A program made the position numbers and the translations under genes. From assembly GCA_001782165.1 (NCBI GenBank), contig MFNV01000006.1, forward strand, positions 444 through 64,443: DNA of 64,000 bases, read 5' to 3'. The DNA comes from Candidatus Levybacteria bacterium RIFCSPHIGHO2_01_FULL_41_15. Lineage in GTDB: Bacteria > Patescibacteriota > Microgenomatia > Levybacterales > UBA12049. Under the pieces are notes generated by a model, which saw nothing but the letters and a program-made list of their open reading frames with translations, had not been told where the DNA came from and ran no database searches. This document shows positions 33,772 to 43,589 of the stretch, in pieces (position 1 is the first letter of the stretch; every line of letters begins with the position of its first letter).

Positions 33772-34482
33772 ATGAAAAAAGCCCTGAATCTACTCTTTCT
33801 TGTTTTTTGTCTGACCTTTTATCTTCTAACTACCAAATTCACCCAAGCCCAAAATATATCAAATGATAATTATATAATACAAACCAATGAGATAGAACAG
33901 AGTATCTTCCCTCAGAATCCAATAGAAAATGATTCCGGACGTTTCGGTACTATCAAAAAAGACATGGGGGCCTTGCTCGGGTTTGATGATATCTTAGCTG
34001 CAAATTTCTTCATTTTCTCTATCCAAAACAACATAATTGACTACGGTGACATATCGCCTACCGATCCGGTGGTAAGAGAAAGTAATTTAACCTTAAGCTC
34101 TAGACCCGCTCATGGTTTTGTCATTTTTGCCTGGGAAAATCATCCGCTGGCTGACGCTCCTTTTGAAAATCTGGTGCCGGATGCAACTTGCGATAGCGGG
34201 GCGTGCTCAGAAAAGAATCCTGGAACATGGAGCAACAATTTAACTTACGGATTCGGATTCAGATGCGAAAATGAAGGTGTTTTATGCCTCAATTTCCCCA
34301 AGGATTCATTTAAGCAGTTTGCGGATGAGTCCAAGAATGAATACCCCCAAGCTATTCTTAAAGGTAAAGGGCAAGAACCAGATATCAAAATCAAAATTAT
34401 TTATAAGCTAAACTTTTCTTCTTCACAGCCTAAGCAAACCTATTTGAACAACGTTACATTTGTTGTTCTCCCCTCTTTATGA
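33772..34482 (+). CDS. Secreted WxL-like surface protein
   Basis: Signal peptide MKKALNLL...TQA; CDSGAC, GFGFRC, YLNNVTFV terminal strand; paired with a DUF916-like gene. Confidence 0.6.
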   Translation: MKKALNLLFLVFCLTFYLLTTKFTQAQNISNDNYIIQTNEIEQSIFPQNPIENDSGRFGTIKKDMGALLGFDDILAANFFIFSIQNNIIDYGDISPTDPVVRESNLTLSSRPAHGFVIFAWENHPLADAPFENLVPDATCDSGACSEKNPGTWSNNLTYGFGFRCENEGVLCLNFPKDSFKQFADESKNEYPQAILKGKGQEPDIKIKIIYKLNFSSSQPKQTYLNNVTFVVLPSL

Positions 34483-35405
34483 AAAAACTTATTTCAGTTT
34501 TATTTTTAATGTTTTTAATAAATTATTTAGTTCCCTCCAAAGCATTGGCGGAGGACATTTCTTTTGGCGTATACCCCCCGATTATTAAGATCAGGGCCAA
34601 ATCTTCTTCCAAAGTTTCGGCTGCGATAAAAATAAAAAATTTTTCCGGCAGAGAAATAAGTCTTCAAGTAGTTTTAAGACCCTTTGAGGATGCAAAAACT
34701 CAGGACGGACAATTCAAGTTCATTTTATACAAAGATTATACGAATGAACTTGCCAATTTTTTATCCAAAATAAGGATAGTAGAAAAAGATCAATCTGTAT
34801 CAGAATTGATCATAGGACCCGAACAGGAGAAGAATTTGAATCTCATAATTGACATCGGTAAACTCAGCGAACATCGGGATTACTATTTTTCAGCTGTATT
34901 CCTTACACACAATAATCACAGTTCCTCTAATAGCTTTACAAGAATAATACAGGGAGTAGGATCAAACATATTAGTATCAATGGGTGATGGGCAACAAAAT
35001 CTACAGATTGAAGATTTTACTGTTCCCTTCACCCAAACCAAAAAGACCCTTGACTTCAGCTTTATTTTGACCAATTCCTCCGATAGATTTTCAACCATAA
35101 AGCCATATATTTTGGTAAAAAATATCTTTGGCAAGCAAATAGAAAGAATTGACTTCAGCCAAACCAATATCCTTGCAAAATCCTCAAGAAATTTTACGGC
35201 TAAAGAAGCCGAATTCATAAATACAAAAGGTGGTGAGTTTTTACTCGGGCCCTATACTACAACCCTGATATTGAATAATGAGGAAAAAATACTCACGAAG
35301 AATGCCAACTTTGTTTCTCTTCCCTTAAAACATGTCTTAATCTTGACACTGATCTTAATATTTCTTATATTTACAACAGCGAGAATCAAAAGCAGGGTTT
35401 TTTGA
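34479..35405 (+). CDS. DUF916-like (WxL-interacting) surface protein with C-terminal TM
   Basis: Signal peptide, GVYPP, two Ig-like beta domains (NILAKSSRNF, GPYT), C-terminal TM with basic tail. Confidence 0.65.
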   Translation: MKKLISVLFLMFLINYLVPSKALAEDISFGVYPPIIKIRAKSSSKVSAAIKIKNFSGREISLQVVLRPFEDAKTQDGQFKFILYKDYTNELANFLSKIRIVEKDQSVSELIIGPEQEKNLNLIIDIGKLSEHRDYYFSAVFLTHNNHSSSNSFTRIIQGVGSNILVSMGDGQQNLQIEDFTVPFTQTKKTLDFSFILTNSSDRFSTIKPYILVKNIFGKQIERIDFSQTNILAKSSRNFTAKEAEFINTKGGEFLLGPYTTTLILNNEEKILTKNANFVSLPLKHVLILTLILIFLIFTTARIKSRVF

Positions 35406-35969
35406 TTAGGACTAAGACCAAGATAAAATCTTTAATAAAATCTTTTACTAATAAACTGACAACTAGATCAAACTCCCCGAAAATTCAATCCAAAAAAATA
35501 AATAAGCAACCATATCACTCAATTTATTAAATTGCCAAAAGATATCCTCTAGTTTTAAGGGTCTGGTAATTTCTAACTAAATAAAGACCAACAACGTTAC
35601 GTGAGTACGTTTCAAAAAGTAAATTTTACAAGGCTAAAAAATAAGTATATCAAAATAAGTCAAGAACAAATTCACACAATCTGATATTGTTTAATATAGA
35701 TTTATATAAAAGCTGAGGAGTTAAAAGACGAATTTTTATTGAATATTTTCTCCAATTAGGATTTTCACAAAATTTTCCATTTTTTGTACATACTATATGT
35801 CTTCCAAATTTAACAACAAAACATATAGAAATATATCGTTTCTTATTTACTCTAGGCTATTGACAAGCAATAATAAATTTATCTATTCTGTTTATGGAGA
35901 GCAAAAATAACCTTATAACTTGTATAATCCGTATAATTTCAAAGCTAGATTGAGTTTTTCACATAAATT

Positions 35970-38900
35970 ATGGACTTTCTGAGTTTATTCAAATCCTTCC
36001 TAATTGAATCGGGTAAAGTATCTAAGGTTACTCTAAAAAATTATCTTTCTGATATAAGATTTTTCATATTTTGGTATGAGAGGTTTTACTCTCAGCCATT
36101 CTCTCCAACATCCATAGATTACTCTGTTGTACAAGCTTTTAAAAATTATCACTTCGACAGGATCGCCTTCTCGTCTCTTGATCGCAAACTTTCTGCTTTA
36201 AGAAAATTCTTTAGTTTTCTCAAAGAGAAAGGATTCATTGCTTCTGTTCCTTTTCAGGAGAAATCGAAAGAAGCAGAAGATAAGTTTTCACTTAAAGAAT
36301 TTAAGAATTTTCTATTCAGGCAAAACATTTCATCAGTTTCTTCCAAGAATTATCTGATTGACATAACTCAATTCCTAAACTGGGCGGATCAAGTAATCAA
36401 ACCCAGCGAACATTGGATAGTTTCTCAAAGAGATCTTTATTCAAGGATAGATAATGAACTCGTCAATGAGTATAAGAGAAGATTAATCGATCAGGGATTT
36501 TCTCCCCTTTCTGTAAACAGAAAGCTTTCTTCAATAAGAAAGCTCATTTTCTGGGCAATTAAAGAAGGGAAAATCAAAAAAAATAGATTTGATTTCATAA
36601 AAGAAAAAGGGCTTTTCCCCCTCAGCACAAAAGGGTCTACGTTGACCATTCAAGGAGGTTTTGCAGATTTTCTGACCCCTAAGATAGAAGAAAAGGCTAT
36701 GACCTATTCAAAGATTCCCCCAATCAGGGTAGCTCAGAAAATATTAGTTCTTTTTTCCTCAATCTATGATGATCTAATCATAGATCCCATCGCAGAATTC
36801 ATTAGCTTTTTGAACTTACTTCTTTTTAGGTTTGATAGAAAATCCATTTTCAAGTCAGATATCAAGAAAATCCCGCGAATTCAAGATCCAATAAAAATTT
36901 CAAATGTTGGCAAAAACTTTTATGCTCCGCTAAATATTTCTACAAAAGGGATGTCTTGGATCCGAAAAATATCGTATTCCATTCGATTTATACGACCAAA
37001 GTGGTATTTAAGATATCATAACTATGCAGTTGTCCATTACATACACTTCTCCATCCTTGTCATATTCATGACTGTTTTGGGTTTTGGGATTTATCAAAAG
37101 TTTTTCCTGCCAACAACAAATGTCCTTGGAGAGTCAATATTTTCCCTTTCCAGAATTCTTACGGTAAAACAGAGACTTACAGATTCTTTAGGAAATCCCA
37201 TCACCGAGAAAACTCTCATAAGATTCGCTATCTATGGGGATCCAGAAGCCTCAGGCTCAGCAATGCTTTGGGAAGATGTCAAAACAGTAGAACCCGATGA
37301 AAACGGCTTTTTCCAAACAAGCCTGGGGGAAAAAACTCCTATTCCCTCGAGCATCTTTTTCACTTATCCCTCCCTCTGGCTTGGAACAAGCATAGGCCAA
37401 ACATCCGAACTTAGACCCCGACAGCAGCTGACAAATGTTTCCCTAGCAACAAGCGCCCAGACTCTGAAGGGTCTGGGAATTAACTCACCCCTAAATTATA
37501 AAAATGTAATCCTGTCTCTTGATTCTTCAGGCAACCTGTCTCTTGGGGGACCATCTCATATTTTCCAGGCAATAAACGGGCAATTTGTTCTATCCGGAAA
37601 TATACTAACTCTTTCGACAATTTCGGGAACAAATACAAATATTGAAATTGTGCCTGATGGTTTGGGAAAAGTTGACATCCAAAAACCCATTCAAAATACC
37701 TCAAACAATAACAACATCCCAACTGCAATCGGAAGCGTTGAAATAGACGATCTTGTAAGTATACTGGCCACCTCAAGTGGTCAATCGGCCCTTACTATCA
37801 ATCAAAACGACTTAGGACCCATTATTAGCGCCTCTGCAAGCGGGATTGCCAAATTTACCATAGACAGCTTCGGGAATATGACTCTGTCAGGAGACATAAG
37901 TCTTTCGGGAAATAATGTAAATGTTTTTGCCACATCCCCTCAGTCAACCTTATCTATCGGCTCGGAAGACGGAGGCAATCTTATTCTCCAGCCTGTTTCA
38001 ACCGGTGAAATCCAATTTTTCTCCCCCTTAAATTTTTTATCTTCCGAGGGTACGCTTAAGCTTTCAGGGAATTTGATACTCTCAGGAACATCTTCACCCT
38101 CCTCCTCCTTTAGACTCTATGTGGAGGATTCTCAACCAAGTACCGCGGCTGCCCAAATATTCAATACAAGCGCAGGCTCAAAGGCAAGCGGACTTTTAAT
38201 AAAACTTGGAAACACTTCCGGCACAACAAATACAGATAATAAGTGGGTTACCTTTGAGCAGAGCGGGATCGGGATTGTGGGGATGATAAAAGGAAACGGA
38301 GAAAAAGGCGTAACTTTTCAGGGAAACGGGGTTTCTGATTTTGCTGAATATCTTAAAAAGGATGAGAATGAAAACATTCCCTTTGGCTCTCTGGTCTGCA
38401 TTGATGAAAAAGGTATGGTTACAGGATGTTCGTATAATAATCGGAATATTGTAGGGGTGGCGTCTGAAAATCCAACTTTCTTAGGAGGAGAGAACCTTGG
38501 GAATAAATCGATCCCGGTGGGCCTTGTGGGACAAGTTCCTGTTTTTGTATCAAACATAAACGGAGACATAAAACCAGGAGATCCTCTCACTTCATCTTTT
38601 ATAAAAGGTCTGGCCGCAAAGGCAAAAGACGAAGGAAGAATAGTAGGAAGAGCCCTTGAGAGCTTTGACTCCCTAAACTGTATCAATGAATCTTCGAATT
38701 TCGGTCTTGTTGAGAAAAGGATCTGCAAAGGAAAAATCCAGACTCTCTTGAACGTTTCGCATTATGAACCTTCTCCCTTAGACCAAGCCCAAAAAATCAA
38801 GGAACTTGTTCTTCAGGAAGTAGACAACGGTATCTTTGAGATAAAAGATTCACTGGGAATAGCAGTTGAAGAGATTCAGGCTTTTAACAAAAGTATAATC

Positions 38901-40088
38901 GGCACACTTGAAGCCGGAATAATCAATGCACGAAGGATTTCAGTTGAAACCCTAAATCTAAACGCACTATTTATAGAAGGGGAAAGTCTAAAAGACTATA
39001 TTGCTCAGATTATTCAAAACCAGCCTCAGATAAAATCCCCCATTGCAGAAATTGATGAGATAAAGACAAATATAATAAGCCCCCTTTCGCAGGAAAAAGA
39101 CATAAAGATAAAAATCGGAGAAACATCAAATCTTGCAGTTGAAAATCTTAAAGGACAAACAGTTTTTAATGTAGATAGTGAAGGAAACGCAACTTTGGCA
39201 GGAGAACTTTCTACCTCCTCTTTAAAAACAAATGAAATACAATCTGATAATGCCACTGTTAGTGGGGTTCTTCATGCAAAAAAAATCGTAACAGATGAGA
39301 TAGAAAATCAGAGTGAGAACAACTCTGTCTTTGCGAATATAGCATCATTTTCCTCTCAGCTTGTCTATGTTCAAAATCTAAAAGCGCAGACGGCTAATTT
39401 TACGGATGGACTCATAGCCTTAGGGCCTTCCTCTCTGATTGATACTGCAATATCGGGTCAGCTTTCGATTAATTCAAATTTAATTTTGGCAGAAAATTCT
39501 ATAAATGTCCTTGGTTCTGATCTTGAGATCCAGTCTGTAAGACAAGGCGGAGTTTCTCTTATGGGAGGTTTTGTTTATATAGATACAGATGGAAACCTAA
39601 AAGTCGGGGGAAATGCAGAGTTTGCAAAAGACATAACTGTAAAAGGAATAATATTTGCAAATATTATATCCCCTATTCCTGACAGTGATTTGATAGTTGA
39701 CATAAACGCAGAAAATAAATCTTTTATAATTAAAAACAAAGACAATCCTGTTGTTTCCGTAACGGGAGATGGAAATCTGACGGCATCGGGAAGTGGCACA
39801 TTTGGCAAACTGAATCTTTCTCTGATAAAACCTGCTCTTGCAGTTTCAGAAACCGAAGCAGTAGCAACCGGAGCTGCAGGAGTAGCCACAATTAGCGCTT
39901 ATCAAAAAGAACTGACAATCAAAAACAGTCTTATTACAAAAGACTCTCTGATATATGTAACTCCAAGAACTGATACAAAAAATATTGTAATTTACCTTTT
40001 AAGACAAGTGCCTGGAATATCATTTACTGTGGGAGTGAATACTCCCTCAGGATACAATATTCCGTTTAACTTTCTTATAATAAATTAG
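35970..40088 (+). CDS. Giant surface protein: two integrase/Xer N-terminal (SAM-like core-binding) domains + TM + ~1000-aa extracellular fibre-like region
   Basis: SKVTLKNYLSDIRFF...SSLDRKLSALRKFFSFL and SSVSSKNYLIDITQF...SPLSVNRKLSSIRKL; TM ~37030-37095; SDFAEY...VGLVGQVPV...GDPLTSS...GRALE domain. No recombinase catalytic domain seen. Confidence 0.85.
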   Translation: MDFLSLFKSFLIESGKVSKVTLKNYLSDIRFFIFWYERFYSQPFSPTSIDYSVVQAFKNYHFDRIAFSSLDRKLSALRKFFSFLKEKGFIASVPFQEKSKEAEDKFSLKEFKNFLFRQNISSVSSKNYLIDITQFLNWADQVIKPSEHWIVSQRDLYSRIDNELVNEYKRRLIDQGFSPLSVNRKLSSIRKLIFWAIKEGKIKKNRFDFIKEKGLFPLSTKGSTLTIQGGFADFLTPKIEEKAMTYSKIPPIRVAQKILVLFSSIYDDLIIDPIAEFISFLNLLLFRFDRKSIFKSDIKKIPRIQDPIKISNVGKNFYAPLNISTKGMSWIRKISYSIRFIRPKWYLRYHNYAVVHYIHFSILVIFMTVLGFGIYQKFFLPTTNVLGESIFSLSRILTVKQRLTDSLGNPITEKTLIRFAIYGDPEASGSAMLWEDVKTVEPDENGFFQTSLGEKTPIPSSIFFTYPSLWLGTSIGQTSELRPRQQLTNVSLATSAQTLKGLGINSPLNYKNVILSLDSSGNLSLGGPSHIFQAINGQFVLSGNILTLSTISGTNTNIEIVPDGLGKVDIQKPIQNTSNNNNIPTAIGSVEIDDLVSILATSSGQSALTINQNDLGPIISASASGIAKFTIDSFGNMTLSGDISLSGNNVNVFATSPQSTLSIGSEDGGNLILQPVSTGEIQFFSPLNFLSSEGTLKLSGNLILSGTSSPSSSFRLYVEDSQPSTAAAQIFNTSAGSKASGLLIKLGNTSGTTNTDNKWVTFEQSGIGIVGMIKGNGEKGVTFQGNGVSDFAEYLKKDENENIPFGSLVCIDEKGMVTGCSYNNRNIVGVASENPTFLGGENLGNKSIPVGLVGQVPVFVSNINGDIKPGDPLTSSFIKGLAAKAKDEGRIVGRALESFDSLNCINESSNFGLVEKRICKGKIQTLLNVSHYEPSPLDQAQKIKELVLQEVDNGIFEIKDSLGIAVEEIQAFNKSIIGTLEAGIINARRISVETLNLNALFIEGESLKDYIAQIIQNQPQIKSPIAEIDEIKTNIISPLSQEKDIKIKIGETSNLAVENLKGQTVFNVDSEGNATLAGELSTSSLKTNEIQSDNATVSGVLHAKKIVTDEIENQSENNSVFANIASFSSQLVYVQNLKAQTANFTDGLIALGPSSLIDTAISGQLSINSNLILAENSINVLGSDLEIQSVRQGGVSLMGGFVYIDTDGNLKVGGNAEFAKDITVKGIIFANIISPIPDSDLIVDINAENKSFIIKNKDNPVVSVTGDGNLTASGSGTFGKLNLSLIKPALAVSETEAVATGAAGVATISAYQKELTIKNSLITKDSLIYVTPRTDTKNIVIYLLRQVPGISFTVGVNTPSGYNIPFNFLIIN

Positions 40089-40133
40089 AATTTGTTCTTG
40101 ACATTGTTCTTTCGTGCTGTTAGATTAAGAAAT

Positions 40134-42245
40134 ATGGAACAAGAAAAAGGTGAAATTGCTTCCTATCTTGAAAACGCCTCAATCTTTCTCCTCGGACTTC
40201 TTCTTCTTATCTTTCCTGTTTTTATGCTTACTTTTACCACCGATGCCTTTACTCTTCCAAAACAGATTCTTCTTGGTGTGGTAGCTTTCCTGGTTCTTCT
40301 TCTATTCGGAGTAAAATCAATAATAAGAGGGCAGGTAATAGTACGGAGAACTCCTTTTGACATACCTATTTTCATCTTTGCTGCTATTGTTCTTCTTTCT
40401 AGTCTTTTTGCAGTTAATAAGGCTGATTCACTTACGTCTTTTGTTACACTTTTTTTTGTTGTGCTTTCTTATTTTGCAATTGTTAACTCAACCAAAGAAA
40501 AAAATGCCGTATTTCTCCTTATTACCTCCCTTTTGACGGGTGCTTCGATCGCGGGAGTTCTTGAAACTCTGACATTTTTGAAGATTTTTGTCTTACCCTT
40601 CCCTTTTACAAAAGCTCAGACTTTTAACTCTTTCGGCTCTCTTGCCGATCAGACAATCTATTTTTTTATGCTTATTCCTTTTATTCTCTACTTGATTTTG
40701 CCGATGTTTCAGAAGAGAAAAAGAGGTTTGGAGCAAGAAGCGGTTAACTATGAAGATTCCTTAAAAGGCAAAAATAATACCCTTCCCTTTGCCCTCCTTG
40801 GGATAGTTGTTGCAGTGGGACTTCTTTTGACTTCCTACCTACTCTTTAAGACCCCTGCCCAAAACGGAGGACTTCTTGCTCTTCCTTATGAAACAGGGTT
40901 TCAGACGGGATTTGCAGCAATCTCACAGGACACAGGAAGAGTATTTCAGGGTTTTCTCCTAGGCTCTGGGTACGGCACCTATATAACAGATTTTACGCGT
41001 TTTAAGCAGCCTTCCTATAATCAAAATCAAAATTTATGGAATCTTACATTTTTCAGATCATCAAGTTTTCTCCTGGAATTATTGGCAACAACCGGAATTT
41101 TGGGATTTCTTTCTTTCATATACATTTTATCTCGGATCTTTAAAAACAGGACAGTTCTTTGGGGAATGTCCTTTGCAATACTTGCCGCAATTTTTCTCCC
41201 TTTTTCCTTCTCCTCAATTGCGCTTTTCTTTATACTTCTTGCTCTTCTTTCGGCTTTAAGAGGGGCATCATCAAAGGCACACAGCGAAGGATTCTTCGAT
41301 GTTGAAATACAACTAGTCACTCTTAAGAAAGGTCTTATTGCCTTTGATCCAACTCCCGGCAAAGCCAGAAATTCTATTCTTCCTGTAATTTTGGTGGCAA
41401 TTTTGGCGGTATTAACAGGATTAATAGGATATTTTGGGGGAAGATATGTAATTTCAGATTTTCATTTTCAGGCTTCGCTTGTTGCTGCCTCACAAAACAA
41501 GGGTCTTGAAACTTACCAAAGACAGGGAAAAGCGATCGGGATTTTCCCTTACAGAGACGCGTATTATAGAATCTTTTCTCAGACCAATCTTGCTCTTGCC
41601 AACTCTCTTGCGTCTACCCAGCCTGCGGGGACAACTCCAAGCGCTCAAATCCAGCAAACAATATCTACGCTAATCCAGCAGTCAATAAACGCCGGGCGAA
41701 CAGCTGTTACATATTCCCCGCAAACTATGCTTAATTGGCAGAATCTTGCTTCTATTTACCGAAGTTTGATTGGTTTTGGGCAGAACGCCGATCAGTTCGC
41801 CATATTGGCGAATCAACAGGCAATAACTCTTGATTCCAACAATCCTCAAGAATATATCAATCTTGGAGGAATTTATTATCAGCTGGGTCAATGGGATAAT
41901 GCAATAAGGCAATTTCAGATTGCCGCAGCACTTAAACCTGACCTTGCAAACGCCTATTACAATCTTGGCCATGCTCTCCAGGAAAAAGGAAGCCTAAATG
42001 AAGCAATGACACAGTACCAGACTGTCCAAGGATTAGTAGCGCAGGACAAAACAAATCTGGATAAAATAAATAAGGAGATCGAAGATCTTGGGAAGATAAT
42101 TGAATCGGGGGGAACTGCAGGTGGTCCAAACCCAGCCACTGCGGGACCTTTGACAGTTTCAACTCCGGAAGCCCAGCTTCCGCCGCAAAATCCTCCTGTG
42201 AAAATCCCTCCCCCAACAGAGGAAGCAACCAAATCCTCAAGATAA
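40134..42245 (+). CDS. Multi-pass membrane protein (O-antigen ligase-like) with C-terminal TPR repeats
   Basis: About 12 TMs; LLGSGYGTY, LELLATTGILG; TPRs (NLGGIYYQLG, ANAYYNLGHAL). Confidence 0.8.
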   Translation: MEQEKGEIASYLENASIFLLGLLLLIFPVFMLTFTTDAFTLPKQILLGVVAFLVLLLFGVKSIIRGQVIVRRTPFDIPIFIFAAIVLLSSLFAVNKADSLTSFVTLFFVVLSYFAIVNSTKEKNAVFLLITSLLTGASIAGVLETLTFLKIFVLPFPFTKAQTFNSFGSLADQTIYFFMLIPFILYLILPMFQKRKRGLEQEAVNYEDSLKGKNNTLPFALLGIVVAVGLLLTSYLLFKTPAQNGGLLALPYETGFQTGFAAISQDTGRVFQGFLLGSGYGTYITDFTRFKQPSYNQNQNLWNLTFFRSSSFLLELLATTGILGFLSFIYILSRIFKNRTVLWGMSFAILAAIFLPFSFSSIALFFILLALLSALRGASSKAHSEGFFDVEIQLVTLKKGLIAFDPTPGKARNSILPVILVAILAVLTGLIGYFGGRYVISDFHFQASLVAASQNKGLETYQRQGKAIGIFPYRDAYYRIFSQTNLALANSLASTQPAGTTPSAQIQQTISTLIQQSINAGRTAVTYSPQTMLNWQNLASIYRSLIGFGQNADQFAILANQQAITLDSNNPQEYINLGGIYYQLGQWDNAIRQFQIAAALKPDLANAYYNLGHALQEKGSLNEAMTQYQTVQGLVAQDKTNLDKINKEIEDLGKIIESGGTAGGPNPATAGPLTVSTPEAQLPPQNPPVKIPPPTEEATKSSR

Positions 42246-42288
42246 TCTATTTAAATAGAAACTCTTGTGTGTTAAAATTAAACTCCAA

Positions 42289-42359
42289 GGGCTGTTAGTA
42301 TAGTGGTAATACACCGCATTCGCATTGCGGAGATGGGAGTTCGATTCTCCCACAGTCCA
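42289..42359 (+). tRNA. tRNA-Ala(CGC)
   Basis: GGGCTGT...CCGCA TT CGC AT TGCGG...TTCGATT...ACAGTCC A; G3:U70 pair. Confidence 0.92.
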
Positions 42360-42452
42360 CTACACTTCGCTCTTTGAGCTTCGCGTAGCACAGCCCTAAG
42401 AAGCGAAAAGGAAGAACTGTATCCCGCGAAGTTTTAACGAAGTGGGAAATAT

Positions 42453-42689
42453 ATGTTTTATGTTTACATTTTAAAATTAAAAAATGGTCAATTTTACACA
42501 GGATTTACGAAAGATCTAGAAATACGAATTAAAAGACATAACTAGAAGGCAGTTAGGACAACTGCAAGGCTTAAATCAAAAGAATTAATCTTTTATGCGG
42601 CTTTTAAAAATAAGAGAAATGCTCTAAATTTTGAAGAATACTTAAAGAATTCATCAGGATTTGCATTTAGAAATAAACGTCTAATTTAA
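42453..42689 (+). pseudogene. GIY-YIG endonuclease with an internal TAG stop
   Basis: MFYVYILKLKNGQFYTGFTKDLEIRIKRHN*KAVRTTARLKSKELIFYAAFKNKRNALNFEEYLKNSSG; TAG at 42543-42545. Confidence 0.85.
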
Positions 42690-42693
42690 TCTT

Positions 42694-42769
42694 GGGCCTG
42701 TAGCGTAACGGTTATCGCGCTTCCATGGCATGGAAGAGATTAGGGGTTCGATTCCCCTCAGGTCCACCA
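42694..42769 (+). tRNA. tRNA-Ala(GGC)
   Basis: GGGCCTG...CTTCC AT GGC AT GGAAG...AGGGG TTCGATT CCCCT CAGGTCC A CCA. Confidence 0.93.
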
Positions 42770-42839
42770 GGTCGGATTTGGTCCACTACTAATCCTATAG
42801 TTGATAAATTCCCTCCATTCATATATAATTAGTCTTCCT

Positions 42840-43589
42840 ATGAAAGAAATTTACCAAGGAACTCCATTTAGACAACTTTTAAGACCTGTTCCAGATGACG
42901 GGAATCAACATCTCTATACTCTTGATGGTAATCCAAACTACGTCGTGAGACAAAATCGTATAATTGTTTCCGAGGGGGTACCCCAGCTTAACAAAATTGA
43001 TATCGCCGAAGCATTATTTGAAGAATTGGAAAGAGATTATGGAATTCACGTTGTCCCATTTGACACCGTAGTAGGACTGGGTGAAGACAATCTGACCTCT
43101 GCTTTTATGATAGTAGATAAGGTAAAGGGTGCAGAATTACCCAAGGCCCAAGTCAGCGAACAAGAAGCCAAAGAATTTTTTTCAAATCTTCTTAGGTATC
43201 ACATAGATAAATTTGAACAAGGAGGTTTTTTTCTGTGTGATCTGAATCCCGACGATTTTATGTATGGGAACACAGAGAAAGACACGACAAAAAAAGTCTA
43301 TTTAGTTGACCTTGATCAATTTTATGAGTTTTTTGACGATTTAAATCCAAATCAGAAAAATGAATATTTTTCAACAAATCTTGAGGGTCTAAATGATATA
43401 TTAAATACTCTCGAGAAAAATTCTAAATCAGACCTTGGTGGACTTCGAGAAGATTACTTAGCGTTTTTGAGAAGAATAAGAAACTTACTCCACCCAGCGG
43501 ATCAAGAAACAATCGATAGTATTCTTGAAAATAATAGAAAATTAACTACTGAAGATATGGGAGTGGGTTTACAAGAACCCCGTTTTTGA
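42840..43589 (+). CDS. Hypothetical protein, possible protein-kinase-like fold
   Basis: MIVDKVKG hinge-like segment, CDLNPDDFMY (catalytic-loop-like), VYLVDLD (DFG-like). Confidence 0.55.
   Translation: MKEIYQGTPFRQLLRPVPDDGNQHLYTLDGNPNYVVRQNRIIVSEGVPQLNKIDIAEALFEELERDYGIHVVPFDTVVGLGEDNLTSAFMIVDKVKGAELPKAQVSEQEAKEFFSNLLRYHIDKFEQGGFFLCDLNPDDFMYGNTEKDTTKKVYLVDLDQFYEFFDDLNPNQKNEYFSTNLEGLNDILNTLEKNSKSDLGGLREDYLAFLRRIRNLLHPADQETIDSILENNRKLTTEDMGVGLQEPRF

Noticed and set aside
35970-36600. Functional XerD/prophage integrase marking a mobile element
   Set aside because: Only N-terminal binding domains are visible. There is no catalytic domain, no phage genes and no att-like duplication.
42543-42545. 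Stop-codon recoding (TAG readthrough or an alternative genetic code)
   Set aside because: TAG and TGA terminate many conserved genes normally in this window; one internal stop is better explained by pseudogenisation.
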